From: Chthoniobacteraceae bacterium
Lineage (GTDB): Bacteria; Verrucomicrobiota; Verrucomicrobiia; Chthoniobacterales; Chthoniobacteraceae
Direction: 5' to 3'
Length of the DNA stretch: 56,018 bases
Assembly: GCA_040081625.1 (NCBI GenBank)
Contig: JBEBGD010000027.1
Coordinates: 1-56,018 of the forward strand
A program made the position numbers and the translations under genes. The notes under the pieces are model-generated. The model saw only the letters and a list, made by a program, of their open reading frames with translations, ran no database searches and was not told where the DNA came from. Positions 1 to 9,347 of the stretch are shown here, piece by piece (position 1 is the first letter of the stretch; each line of letters begins with the position of its first letter).

Positions 1-317
1 CCGGGATCAGGATTGCCCGATTGCGGTCGGTGGATGTCCACGATGAAGCCATCGCCCGGCGCGACGATTTCGTAGCGGTCGCCCGGCGCGTTGCGGTCGT
101 CTGGCTGAAGGCTGAGGTGATCGCTCGGCGTGACGTGGCCGTGGACCATCATGCCCATCGGGATCACACGCCCGATGTCGTCCGCGTGCAGCGGCAAAGT
201 CGTCAGCCGCACCGGGCCGCGACCCACGGCTTTGCCGCGACTCCACATGTCATTGAGCGGATCGGCCATGCCGTGCGCGCCCACCGCGAGCAGAGCGAGG
301 AAGAGCCTACCGTTCAT
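1..317 (-). CDS. Exported hypothetical protein (partial, runs off window); tandem paralog of 307-1461
   Basis: Manual translation from ATG 317: MNGRLFLALLAVGAHG...WSRGKAVGRGPVRLT...PMGMMVHGHVTPSDH...APGDGFIV, open to the window edge. Aligns with WSRGRAVGKGPVRLT...PYGMMVGGHVCPIDH...APADGFIV of the adjacent gene. Confidence 0.75.
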   Translation of the reverse strand, partial: MNGRLFLALLAVGAHGMADPLNDMWSRGKAVGRGPVRLTTLPLHADDIGRVIPMGMMVHGHVTPSDHLSLQPDDRNAPGDRYEIVAPGDGFIVDIHRPQSGNPDP

Positions 318-1461
318 AAATGCGCGCGGCGCTGGTGAAGTCGCTAACGTCCGCCGCAGTCCTGCCGGGGAAGACCTCGAACTTCAGTCGTCGCCCCGGC
401 AGCACCTGCGCGAGCACGGTGCCTTGCACCGCGTCGGCGTCGTGGCGCATCTGCCGGTCGCCGGAGCTGCCGAGTTGACCCCAGATGAGTTCATATTTCA
501 CCACGCCATCCTTCTCGCTGACTTTCGCCGGGTCGGGCGCGTTGCCTTTCACCCAATACTGCGCAGGCTTGCCGGCGAAGTCGCCGATGCTCGCGACGAT
601 CTTCGTCGGATCGAGGTGATGCGGCGCGAACGCGAGGTGGCCCATCCAATATCCGCGCGGGTCGCTGCGATCGCCGGGATAACCGCCGCTGCCTTCGCGG
701 AACCAATTGCCGATGAGCTTGCCGTCGATGTCGTGGTCGATCTTGCCGAAGAAGGGCGGCACTTTGCGCACGTTCAGCACGAGCAGCTTCGACTTCAGCG
801 GCTCGTCGAAAAAGTCGAACGGGTCCACGACATGAACGCGCCACGCGTAGTGGCCGTAGAGCTTCGGCGTGAGGAAACCGGGCAGGCGCACCTCGGTGTT
901 CACGACGCCAAAATCGAGCGAGCGCCCGGCGACCTTGCCGACGACCTGCCCGGCCTTCACCGCGATGCGCGTCTGCACCGGCGGGCCCATTTGCTTGCGC
1001 GCGAAACGCTCGCGCACGGACGCGTCGAGCTGATCGAGGACGGATGGATCGAGCTGCGTGAGCAGATCGTATTTCGTGTAGAAAGTCCCGCTGTGCTCGA
1101 TGGTCAGCGCGTAGTCGTCGTATTCGCGGCCGCGCTCGCTCGATCCGGTGAGTTGCGTGCGATGCCCGACGATCACGATGAAGCCATCCGCCGGCGCCAT
1201 CACATCGAAGTGCGGCTGGCCCGGCTCGATCGGCTTCGGGAAAAAATAGCCGTGATCGATCGGGCAGACGTGCCCGCCGACCATCATGCCGTAGGGCACG
1301 ATGCTCTTGATGTCCTCGATCCGCATCGGCGAATGCGTGAGGCGCACCGGGCCTTTGCCCACTGCGCGACCTCGGCTCCACTGCGTAGCGAGGTCGAGTG
1401 TGCCGTCGGATTGCGCGACGGCGACCGACGCGAGGAACAGGAAGGTGCGGATGAGGTTCAT
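307..1461 (-). CDS. Exported hypothetical protein, possibly M23/LytM-like fold
   Basis: Signal peptide MNLIRTFLFLASVAVAQ. Segments VMAPADGFI, LTIEH, VKAGQVVGKV resemble the M23 scaffold, but no canonical HxH. Confidence 0.65.
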   Translation of the reverse strand: MNLIRTFLFLASVAVAQSDGTLDLATQWSRGRAVGKGPVRLTHSPMRIEDIKSIVPYGMMVGGHVCPIDHGYFFPKPIEPGQPHFDVMAPADGFIVIVGHRTQLTGSSERGREYDDYALTIEHSGTFYTKYDLLTQLDPSVLDQLDASVRERFARKQMGPPVQTRIAVKAGQVVGKVAGRSLDFGVVNTEVRLPGFLTPKLYGHYAWRVHVVDPFDFFDEPLKSKLLVLNVRKVPPFFGKIDHDIDGKLIGNWFREGSGGYPGDRSDPRGYWMGHLAFAPHHLDPTKIVASIGDFAGKPAQYWVKGNAPDPAKVSEKDGVVKYELIWGQLGSSGDRQMRHDADAVQGTVLAQVLPGRRLKFEVFPGRTAADVSDFTSAARIYER

Positions 1462-1506
1462 GGGGCGCTCGTTCATCAACGCCGCCCACGCGAATCTTTG
1501 TGCGCG

Positions 1507-2811
1507 CTACTTCGCCGCGCCGCTCAAGCGCCGGTGCAACTCATGCACCTTGCCGACGATCTTCTCCTCGATCGTCTCCGCCCAGCCCGCGGCGGCTTCG
1601 TAGCCGCCTTCCTTTTGCACGCGCAGGCTCGGCATGTAGCCGGTGTAGTCGTTCGAGTAACCGGCGACCCACACCGCGGCTTCGCCGGCCAATTCACGTT
1701 TCAAGCGCAGGCTGTAATCGACGACCACTTCGCTGCCGAGCGCGGCGATGATGAGGTCGCCGCCGAGATGGATGACTTGCACCGGGTAGTCGTGCGGCGG
1801 CTTCTCCGGCTTCGCGTAGTCGAGCGGGATCTCCTCATAGGCGCTGCGAATCGGGCCGCGAATGGCGCGCGGGTTCACGCTCATCGCCATCTCGACGGCG
1901 TTCGCGAGCGAGCGGCCGTGCTGCTGGGTGAGTTCGAGATCGCTCACGCCCGGCACCACGTCCGAGCGGCGCGGATATGGATTCTGGTCGCCGCCGCAGC
2001 CCGTGAGAAAGAGTGCGGTAAAGCCGGGCCGGTTCGCTTGCAGATACTCCTGCGCGTAGCCGGCGTAGTCGCCGCAGTAGTTGTAGAAGCCGAGGCAGGT
2101 GTTGTGGCACGCGTAGCCGAAAAGCACCGCGCGCGGCGCACCCTCCGGCGACTCGACGCGCAGCGCCGGCACTTCCTGATCGACCGGGCCGTTGGGATTC
2201 GGCACCCGGTTCGCGTTCGGGTCGTCCGGTGCGAGCGAGTAGTCGCGGCGGCGGTTCATCGCGAAGCCGCACCGCGCGCGATTCCACGTGAGCCGCGCGG
2301 GTTGGAGGTCGGCGAGCGCCTTGCCGATCAATACGACGAGTTTGTCCTGGAGCGCCTGCGTGTATTCGTGCGCGTCGCGGATGCGCGGATTCTCGAGATC
2401 CTTTTCTGTCACCGGGCTGCTTCGCATCGAAGGGCCGGAGTGTGTGTGCGAGGCGTTCATCAAGAGCGATGCGGGCGGCAGCTTGAACTCCTTTTCCGCG
2501 CGCGTGGCCACGGCGCGACGCATCGTCTGCGACACGCCGATCAAATCCATCGTCACGATCACCGCGCGCCCGCCCTGCTCGTCTTCGAGCGCGAGCGCCT
2601 TGGCGAACAAGTCCTGCACCTTCCCCTCCGCCGGTTTGTTCCGCGACGCGTAGCCGGCCATGAAGAGATTCTTCTCCGGCGTCACGACGACCGACGCGGC
2701 GCCCGCTTTCCACGTCGCGGGCACATGCGGCGCGACGGACTTTGGCGGTGCCGGTTGTTGCGCGTGCGAGAGACCGAGGAGTGCGGTGAGGAGGAAAAGT
2801 GTGCGGCGCAT
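1507..2811 (-). CDS. Neutral/alkaline ceramidase N-terminal-domain family hydrolase, exported
   Basis: MAGYASR, NASHTHSGP, YACHNT, GDYAG, GCGGDQNP, GGYEA motifs; signal peptide from ATG 2811. Confidence 0.8.
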   Translation of the reverse strand: MRRTLFLLTALLGLSHAQQPAPPKSVAPHVPATWKAGAASVVVTPEKNLFMAGYASRNKPAEGKVQDLFAKALALEDEQGGRAVIVTMDLIGVSQTMRRAVATRAEKEFKLPPASLLMNASHTHSGPSMRSSPVTEKDLENPRIRDAHEYTQALQDKLVVLIGKALADLQPARLTWNRARCGFAMNRRRDYSLAPDDPNANRVPNPNGPVDQEVPALRVESPEGAPRAVLFGYACHNTCLGFYNYCGDYAGYAQEYLQANRPGFTALFLTGCGGDQNPYPRRSDVVPGVSDLELTQQHGRSLANAVEMAMSVNPRAIRGPIRSAYEEIPLDYAKPEKPPHDYPVQVIHLGGDLIIAALGSEVVVDYSLRLKRELAGEAAVWVAGYSNDYTGYMPSLRVQKEGGYEAAAGWAETIEEKIVGKVHELHRRLSGAAK

Positions 2812-2915
2812 CCCGCATTGAATATGGCGGACGAAGCCCGCGGCAATCACCCGTCCGTGCAGCAAAGAAACTCCACGGCGCCCGGTTGCCTGTCCGCCGC
2901 TTCCTCCCGCCTCCC

Positions 2916-5258
2916 ATGAAAACTCCCCGCGTCCTCCTTGCCGCCATCTGCCTCGCCATGCTCGCGCCCGCACGCGCCGCGGACCTGCCGCTTGTGCCCG
3001 TCGAGCCGCAGCCTTTCCTCTCCGCGCTCGGCTCGCTCATCGACGCGGCCGATTTCCTCGGCTCTCCCTTTTCACCGGACGACAAGGCTGCGCTGCGCGC
3101 GGCGATCGCGGCGCATGACGCAACGGCGGTGGAGAAGGCGCAGCGCATCCTTGATGGCTACTCGCTCTTTGTCGTGAACATCAGCCCGGAGCAGCGCGTG
3201 AAGGTCGTGCAGGGGCCGGCGAAGGCGGTGCTCGATGAAGGCGGGTGGCACCAGTTCCTCGTGAAGGTCGTGAACGAGGCGGGCGTGACTGCGAAACTGC
3301 GCGCGAGCAGTCCGCAGGCGAAGCAGGCCTACGTGCCCGGCTCGCCGCCGGTCGCGCCGAATGCACAGCCGAAGGACCCGGGCCCGCCGGCGCTCGATGC
3401 GCGCTGGCTCGACTTGCAGATGTTCGAGGCGCCTCCGGCGAAGCCGACGCTCAGCGGGCTCTCGCTCGAGTATCGCATCGTGCAGCTCTACTCGCGCGAC
3501 GCGGGCAAGCGCGAGGCGGCGTTCGGTTTCGACACGGGGCAGGGGACGCAGGATCTCGGCTTTCGCAACGAGGTGAGTGTGCTCTTCGACTGCCGGCCGG
3601 CGCGCGGGATCAAGCTTTCGATCGTCGATGAAAACGGCGCGCCGTGCATTGCGGAGTTGCTCATCAAGGATCGCGCAGGCCGCGTGTATCCGTCGCAGAT
3701 CAAACGCGTGGCGCCGGATTTCTTCTTCCATCCGCAGGTCTATCGCGGCGATGGCGAGACGATCAAACTTCCCGACGGCGACTACGAAATCACCTTCGCG
3801 CGCGGGCCGGAGTCGCTGCGCGAGCCGAGGCGGGTGAAGGTGGACGCCACGACGAAGACGCTGGCCTACAAGGTGAAGCGATGGGTCGATCCCGCGAAGC
3901 TCGGCTGGTGGAGCGGCGATCATCACATCCACGCCGCGGGCTGCGCGCACTACTCGGTGCCGACGCAGGGAGTCCACGCGCCGGACATGGCGCGGCATTG
4001 CCAGGGCGAGGACTTGAAGATCGGCGCGAACCTCACGTGGGGGCCGTGCTTCGATTACCAAAAGCAGTTCTTCACCGGCGTAGATGACAAGGAATCGAAG
4101 TATCCCTTCCTCCTGCGCTACGACATCGAGGTGAGCGGCTTCGGCTCGCACAAAAGCGGGCACCTCTGCCTGCTCAAGTTGCGCGAGCAGATGTATCCCG
4201 GCGGCGATTCGACGGCGCACTGGCCGACGCTCTGCCTCAACACGCTCAAGTGGGCGAAGAAGCAGGGCGCGCTCGTGGGGCCGGCGCACTCGGGCTGGGG
4301 CTTGCAACCCGTGCCGGCGGGCGAGATGCAGCAAGGCGGCAGCAGGAACGCCCAGGATTTGAAAATCGCGACGCAGGATCTCCCGAACTACGTCATCCCT
4401 CCGTTCAACGGCATCGGTGCCAACGAATACATCGCCGACGTGACGCATGAAGTCCCCGGCCCGGACGGCAAGCTCGTGCCTGCGGTCGATTTCCTCTCGA
4501 TGGTGGATACGCCGCACACGTGGGAGCTGAACATCTGGTATCACACGCTCAACGCCGGCTTCCGCACGCGCGTGAGCGGCGAGACGGATTTCCCGTGCAT
4601 CTACGGCGAGCGCGTCGGACTCGGGCGCGCCTACGTGAAGCTCGATGGCAAACTGAACTACGACGATTGGTGCGAAGGCATTCGCGCGGGCCGCGCCTAC
4701 GTGAGCGACGGGAAGAGCCACCTGATGGAGTTCAAGGCGGACGACGTGGCGCTCGGCGAACGCGGCAGCGAGCTGCGCCTCGCGAAGCCTGCGACGATCA
4801 AGCTCACGGCGAAGGTCGCCGCGCGGCTCGACGAGCAGGCGCGCCCGGAGATGCGCGATCTGCCCGCCGAGAAGAAGCCGTATTGGGACGTCGAGCGTGC
4901 GCGCATCGGCGACACGCGCGAGGTGCCGGTGGAAGTGATTGTCAACGGCGTGTCCGTCGCGAGGAAGAACATCGTCGCCGACGGGACGACGCGCGACATG
5001 AGCTTCGACGTGCCGATCGAGCGGAGCGCGTGGGTCGCGCTGCGCATCCGCGCCAGCTCGCACACGAACCCGATCTTTGTGATCGTCGGCGAGAAGCCGA
5101 TCCGCGTGAAGCAGAGCATCGAGTGGTGCCTCAAGGGCGTGGATCAGTGCTGGTCGCAAAAGGAGAAGCTGATCGACCCGCGCGAGCACGCCGACGCCGT
5201 CGCAGCGTATGAGCACGCGCGGAAGACCTATCGTGCGCGGCTCGCGGAGAGCCTGTAG
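2916..5258 (+). CDS. CehA/McbA-like PHP metallohydrolase, exported
   Basis: Signal peptide; WWSGDHHIH, SGHL, GPAHSG, SGETDFP, GLGRAYV, SSHTNPIFV motifs. Confidence 0.75.
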   Translation: MKTPRVLLAAICLAMLAPARAADLPLVPVEPQPFLSALGSLIDAADFLGSPFSPDDKAALRAAIAAHDATAVEKAQRILDGYSLFVVNISPEQRVKVVQGPAKAVLDEGGWHQFLVKVVNEAGVTAKLRASSPQAKQAYVPGSPPVAPNAQPKDPGPPALDARWLDLQMFEAPPAKPTLSGLSLEYRIVQLYSRDAGKREAAFGFDTGQGTQDLGFRNEVSVLFDCRPARGIKLSIVDENGAPCIAELLIKDRAGRVYPSQIKRVAPDFFFHPQVYRGDGETIKLPDGDYEITFARGPESLREPRRVKVDATTKTLAYKVKRWVDPAKLGWWSGDHHIHAAGCAHYSVPTQGVHAPDMARHCQGEDLKIGANLTWGPCFDYQKQFFTGVDDKESKYPFLLRYDIEVSGFGSHKSGHLCLLKLREQMYPGGDSTAHWPTLCLNTLKWAKKQGALVGPAHSGWGLQPVPAGEMQQGGSRNAQDLKIATQDLPNYVIPPFNGIGANEYIADVTHEVPGPDGKLVPAVDFLSMVDTPHTWELNIWYHTLNAGFRTRVSGETDFPCIYGERVGLGRAYVKLDGKLNYDDWCEGIRAGRAYVSDGKSHLMEFKADDVALGERGSELRLAKPATIKLTAKVAARLDEQARPEMRDLPAEKKPYWDVERARIGDTREVPVEVIVNGVSVARKNIVADGTTRDMSFDVPIERSAWVALRIRASSHTNPIFVIVGEKPIRVKQSIEWCLKGVDQCWSQKEKLIDPREHADAVAAYEHARKTYRARLAESL

Positions 5259-5264
5259 CCGCGG

Positions 5265-5717
5265 CTACAGGCCTGCGTCGATCACCACTTCCGTGCCGAC
5301 CGGCACGCGGTCGTAGAGATCGATCACGTCGTCGTTCCTCATCCGCACGCAGCCCTCGCTCGCGGGCACGCCGAGGCGCGACTCGGCGTTCGTGCCGTGG
5401 ATATAGATGTAGCGGTCGAAGGTGTTCGCGTTGTCGGGATCGAGGCCTTCGAGCCAGAGGATGCGCGTCTGCACGTGGTCCTTCGGGTCGTCCTCGCGTC
5501 CGAAATCGCCAGTCGGTTTCCGGCTCACGAAGACCATCCCGGGTGCCGCGCTGTCGCCGTGTTTCTCGGCGATGCGGAAGCAGCCGGTCGGCGTGCGATT
5601 CGACCCCGGCTCGCTGCCGAGGCCATGGCGCGACGTTGAGACGACGTAGCGGCGGGCGAGCCTATCGCCTTCGAGCAGATCGAGTGTCTGCGACGGCACG
5701 TGGATGTAAATGCGCAC
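5265..5717 (-). CDS. L,D-transpeptidase (YkuD family)
   Basis: TPTGCFRI; IYIHGT...LGVPASEGCVRM catalytic motif. Confidence 0.9.
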   Translation of the reverse strand: MRIYIHVPSQTLDLLEGDRLARRYVVSTSRHGLGSEPGSNRTPTGCFRIAEKHGDSAAPGMVFVSRKPTGDFGREDDPKDHVQTRILWLEGLDPDNANTFDRYIYIHGTNAESRLGVPASEGCVRMRNDDVIDLYDRVPVGTEVVIDAGL

Positions 5718-5744
5718 GCCCGACGCTGCGACACGCGCGGTCCC

Positions 5745-5780
5745 TCGACAAGCGCGCAGTGCTCGCTACCTTCCGCGCCC
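5745..5780 (+). promoter_or_regulatory. Putative sigma70-type promoter of asd
   Basis: TCGACA(5745)-N16-TACCTT(5767)-CCGCGCCC; same layout as upstream of ffh. Confidence 0.5.
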
Positions 5781-5786
5781 TTTTCC

Positions 5787-6785
5787 ATGAGCAAAAACCT
5801 GCATGTCGCCATCGTCGGAGCCACCGGAGCGGTAGGAATCGAGCTGATCAAGCTGCTCGAGAAGCGCCGCTTTCCCGTGAGCAAACTGACGCTGCTCGCG
5901 AGCGCGCGCTCGGCGGGCAAGTTGCTGCCTTTCGCCGGCGAAGATGTGCTCGTGCAGGAACTCACCGACGCTTCGTTCGCGGGCGTCGATGTCGCGCTCT
6001 TCAGCGCGGGCGGCGGGATATCGAAGCAATTCGCACCCGCGGCTGTGAAGGCGGGCGCGGTCGTCGTGGACAACTCGTCGGCCTTCCGCATGGACGCCGA
6101 CGTGCCGCTGGTCGTGCCGGAGATCAATGCCGCGGACATCAAGCGCCACAAGGGCATCATCGCGAACCCGAACTGCACCACGGCGATCACGCTCATGGCG
6201 CTGCACCCGCTGCACGTGGAGTTTCGCGTGAAGCGCATCATCGCCGCGAGCTATCAGGCCGTGAGCGGCACCGGCGCGCAGGCGATCGAGGAGTTGCGCG
6301 GGCAGGTCGAGGCGCTGGTCGCGGGCACCGCGGTCGAGAAGAAAGTCTATCCGCACCAGATTGCGTTCAACGTCCTCCCGCACGTGGATAGCTTCCTCGA
6401 TTCCGGCTACACGAAGGAGGAAATGAAGATGCAGAACGAAGGCCGGCGCATCATGCATCACCCGACTTTTAAGGCGTCGGTCACGTGCGTGCGCGTGCCG
6501 GTCTATCGCGCGCACAGCGTGGCGGTGAATGCGGAGTTTGAGAGGCCCGTGTCGCTCGATCGTGCGCGCGAGGTGCTCGCCAAGGCTCCGGGGCTCGACA
6601 TCGTCGATCGGCCTGCCGCGAATGAATATCCGCTCCCGCTCTACTGCGCGGAGAAGGACAACTGCGCTGTGGGCCGGCTGCGCTACGACTGCGCGCTCGA
6701 CAACGGGCTGGCGTTTTGGGTCAGCGGCGACCAACTGCTCAAGGGTGCCGCGCTCAATGCCATCCAGATTGCCGAGGCGCTGTAG
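5787..6785 (+). CDS. asd: Aspartate-semialdehyde dehydrogenase
   Basis: VGATGAVG, DNSSAFRM, IIANPNCTT, YQAVSG, YTKEEMKM, CVRVPV, DQLLKGAALNA. Confidence 0.97.
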   Translation: MSKNLHVAIVGATGAVGIELIKLLEKRRFPVSKLTLLASARSAGKLLPFAGEDVLVQELTDASFAGVDVALFSAGGGISKQFAPAAVKAGAVVVDNSSAFRMDADVPLVVPEINAADIKRHKGIIANPNCTTAITLMALHPLHVEFRVKRIIAASYQAVSGTGAQAIEELRGQVEALVAGTAVEKKVYPHQIAFNVLPHVDSFLDSGYTKEEMKMQNEGRRIMHHPTFKASVTCVRVPVYRAHSVAVNAEFERPVSLDRAREVLAKAPGLDIVDRPAANEYPLPLYCAEKDNCAVGRLRYDCALDNGLAFWVSGDQLLKGAALNAIQIAEAL

Positions 6786-7512
6786 TCTGTTGCTCGCGGT
6801 GCTGGCCTTCGCCGGCTGCCGCCCGCATGGACCGCAGCCGGGCGCGCCGTGGACCAACTCGCTCGGCATGCGGTTCGTGCCCGCATATGACCCATGGGTC
6901 CTATGGGACGCATACGAGACGCGTGCGCGCGACTTCGCGCGATTCGTCGAAGAGACCAAGACTCCATGGGTGCCGCCGGATGCGGAGACCGGTGGCGAGT
7001 ATCCGGCGGCGAACGTCGCGTGGGACGACGCGCAGGCTTTTTGCGAATGGCTCACGCAGCGCGAGCGCGCGGCGCGCTTGATCGGTCCCCGTCAGCGTTA
7101 CCGGCTCCCGACCGAAGCTGAGTGGGTGGCGGTGGCGAGTGCTGATGGCGCCTATGTTTGGGGCGATACGTGGCCGCCGCCGGCGGGCGCGGGAAATTTC
7201 GCCGGTGAAGAGGCACCGGTGGACCAATCCGAGCCGGGCAATTTCATCGCCGGATACAACGATGGCTTCGCGAAGCTCGCGCCGGTCGGGCATTTCGCCG
7301 CAAACGGCTTCGGTCTGCACGATCTCGCCGGCAACGTGATGGAGTGGTGCGAGGACTGGTATGATGGGAGCCACGCCGGTCGCGTCGCGCGCGGCGGCTC
7401 GTGGATCAACGGCTCCCCGGACACACTTTCGCTATCACACCGGGCGGAGTTTCCGCCGCGGGCCGGGCTGAACATCGTCGGCTTTCGCTGCGTGCTCGAC
7501 CTCGCGAAATAG
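6757..7512 (+). CDS. FGE-sulfatase (SUMF1) domain lipoprotein
   Basis: Lipobox FAGC; WTNSLGMRFV, YRLPTEAEW, NGFGLHDLAGNVMEWC, RGGSW, GFRCV. Start uncertain. Confidence 0.85.
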   Translation: MPSRLPRRCSLLLAVLAFAGCRPHGPQPGAPWTNSLGMRFVPAYDPWVLWDAYETRARDFARFVEETKTPWVPPDAETGGEYPAANVAWDDAQAFCEWLTQRERAARLIGPRQRYRLPTEAEWVAVASADGAYVWGDTWPPPAGAGNFAGEEAPVDQSEPGNFIAGYNDGFAKLAPVGHFAANGFGLHDLAGNVMEWCEDWYDGSHAGRVARGGSWINGSPDTLSLSHRAEFPPRAGLNIVGFRCVLDLAK

Positions 7513-7520
7513 CGCGGCGG

Positions 7521-8777
7521 TTACTTCACTGCGTAGCAGTGGATCAGATCCTGATCGCGGAGATAAAGGCGGCCGTTGGAGATGACCGGGTGCGTCCAAA
7601 TGCGGCCGGAGGGGCTGCGGATGGTCGTCTGCGGGTCGAGCTTGAAGCGGCTCTTTTCCTTCCACCCAGTCGTGGTCGCCTCGACCAGCGCCACATTGCC
7701 GTTGCCTTCGTCGAGGCAGTAGAAGTGACCGTCGGCATAGGCAATCGCGCCCTTTCCGAGAGCGCTGCGCTCCTGCCACACGAGCGTGCCGGACTTCAGA
7801 TCCTGACAGACCCAGCCGAGTCCGTCGCTATGGCCATAGACATGGTCGCCGAGGAGGATAACGCCGCCGTGGTGGTTCTTCATCACCTTGCTGGTGCCGC
7901 TCGTCTCGTCCCAGAGCATTTTCACGGTGTTGTCCTTCTCGATCGTGAAACTCAGGCTGCCGACGCCGTAGCCTGCGGTGACATAGACCTGGTTGCCCTT
8001 GATGATCGGGGTCGGGATGACGGCGGTCTTGCCGGGATAGGCTTGCTGCCAGAGCAGCTTGCCGTCCTTGGGCGAGATGCCGACCACGTTGGCCATGCTG
8101 CGCTGAACGTATTGCGGTTGCCCATTGATGGTCGCGACGACGATGGAGGAATACTGCGCGCCGTCCGTCCATTCCTTGCTCTGCCACAGCACGCGGCCGG
8201 TCGCCTTGTCGAGCGCGGCCATGGCGCCCTGCGGACCGCCGGGCGTGCAGACGACCTGCTTGCCATCGACGAGCACGCTCTCGGTGTAGCCCCAGCCCGG
8301 CGTCTTGCCGCCGAGATCCTTCATCGTGGTGCGCCAGGCTTCCTTCCCGTCCTTCACATTGATGCACGCGAGTGTCCCATCGCCGCCGAGCGCGAAGACC
8401 TTGTCCCCATCGACGCTCGGCGTGCCGCGCGGGCCGTCGCCCCATTTGTTGCCGAGCACGTTGCCGAGCTTGGCGACCCACAATTCATCGCCCTTGGTCG
8501 CGTCGAGGCAGAGGAGCACTTCGCTGCCGTCGCGCGTGCCCATCGTGAAGAGGCGCCCGGATGCCACGGCGAAGCCCGCGTAGCCCATGCCCGCCTTGTC
8601 GTAGCTCCAGAGTTTCTTCGGCCCGCCTTCCGGCCACTGCTTGAGCAGGCCGGTTTCCTTCGAGACACCGTCGCGGCCCGGTCCACGCCACTGCGTCCAG
8701 TCTGAGCTGCCGGCGGGCGCGACGGCGAGCGCGGTGGTGACGAGTGCGAGTGCGGGGATGAGTCGGGAGAAGTGCAT
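7521..8777 (-). CDS. PQQ-like beta-propeller repeat protein (BamB-like), exported
   Basis: DWTQWRGPGRDG; repeated LDxxTG-W blades; WTHPVISNGRLYLR. Confidence 0.88.
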   Translation of the reverse strand: MHFSRLIPALALVTTALAVAPAGSSDWTQWRGPGRDGVSKETGLLKQWPEGGPKKLWSYDKAGMGYAGFAVASGRLFTMGTRDGSEVLLCLDATKGDELWVAKLGNVLGNKWGDGPRGTPSVDGDKVFALGGDGTLACINVKDGKEAWRTTMKDLGGKTPGWGYTESVLVDGKQVVCTPGGPQGAMAALDKATGRVLWQSKEWTDGAQYSSIVVATINGQPQYVQRSMANVVGISPKDGKLLWQQAYPGKTAVIPTPIIKGNQVYVTAGYGVGSLSFTIEKDNTVKMLWDETSGTSKVMKNHHGGVILLGDHVYGHSDGLGWVCQDLKSGTLVWQERSALGKGAIAYADGHFYCLDEGNGNVALVEATTTGWKEKSRFKLDPQTTIRSPSGRIWTHPVISNGRLYLRDQDLIHCYAVK

Positions 8778-8846
8778 GGCGTGGAGGGGTGCTAGAAAGC
8801 TTGTGACGATGCGAGTGCAAACTGCGCAGACGGGTGGGCAGGCGAC

Positions 8847-9344
8847 TTACGCCGGAAACAACGGCCTAGCCGCGAGCGCCGCGAGCGCGTCGCCGCCCAC
8901 GCGCTGGATGATCCACTCGGTCTTCGCCTCGGCGCCGAGCGAGCGGTAGAAGTCGAGCGCGGGCTGGTTCCAGTCGAGCACGGTCCACTCGAACCGCCCG
9001 CAGCCGCGCTCGTGCGCGAGCTTCGCGAGATGGATCATCAGCGCGCGACCGTAGCCCTTCCCGCGATGTGCGGGCCGCACGAAGATGTCCTCGACGTAAA
9101 GCCCCGGCCGCCCGACGAAGGTCGAGAAGTTGTGAAAGAACAACGCGAAGCCGACGGCCCCGCCGTCCTCGCACGCGAAGACAACCTCCGCGCGAGGCTG
9201 CGCGCCGAACAGCTCGCGCCGCAGATCCTCCACGCTCGCGACCATCTCGTGCGCGAGCTTTTCGTATTCGGCCAGCTCGCGGATGAAGGCGTGAACGAGC
9301 GATGCGTCGTCCTCGGTGGCGACGCGGATGGAAAATCCGTTCAA
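8847..9344 (-). CDS. GNAT N-acetyltransferase (diamine acetyltransferase-like)
   Basis: ELAEYEK, FSTFVGRPGLYVEDIFV, RGKGYG, VLDWNQPALDFY. Confidence 0.92.
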   Translation of the reverse strand: MNGFSIRVATEDDASLVHAFIRELAEYEKLAHEMVASVEDLRRELFGAQPRAEVVFACEDGGAVGFALFFHNFSTFVGRPGLYVEDIFVRPAHRGKGYGRALMIHLAKLAHERGCGRFEWTVLDWNQPALDFYRSLGAEAKTEWIIQRVGGDALAALAARPLFPA

Positions 9345-9347
9345 CGC

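Noticed and set aside
130..2919. 929-aa plus-strand ORF and other long antisense ORFs (e.g. 3072-5216, 30867-32987, 47023-49137, 51274-53646)
   Set aside because: Shadow frames of real genes in high-GC DNA; Arg/Ala-rich with no motifs.
6757..7512. FGE-domain C-terminus as a possible diversity-generating retroelement target
   Set aside because: No template repeat or reverse transcriptase seen in the window.
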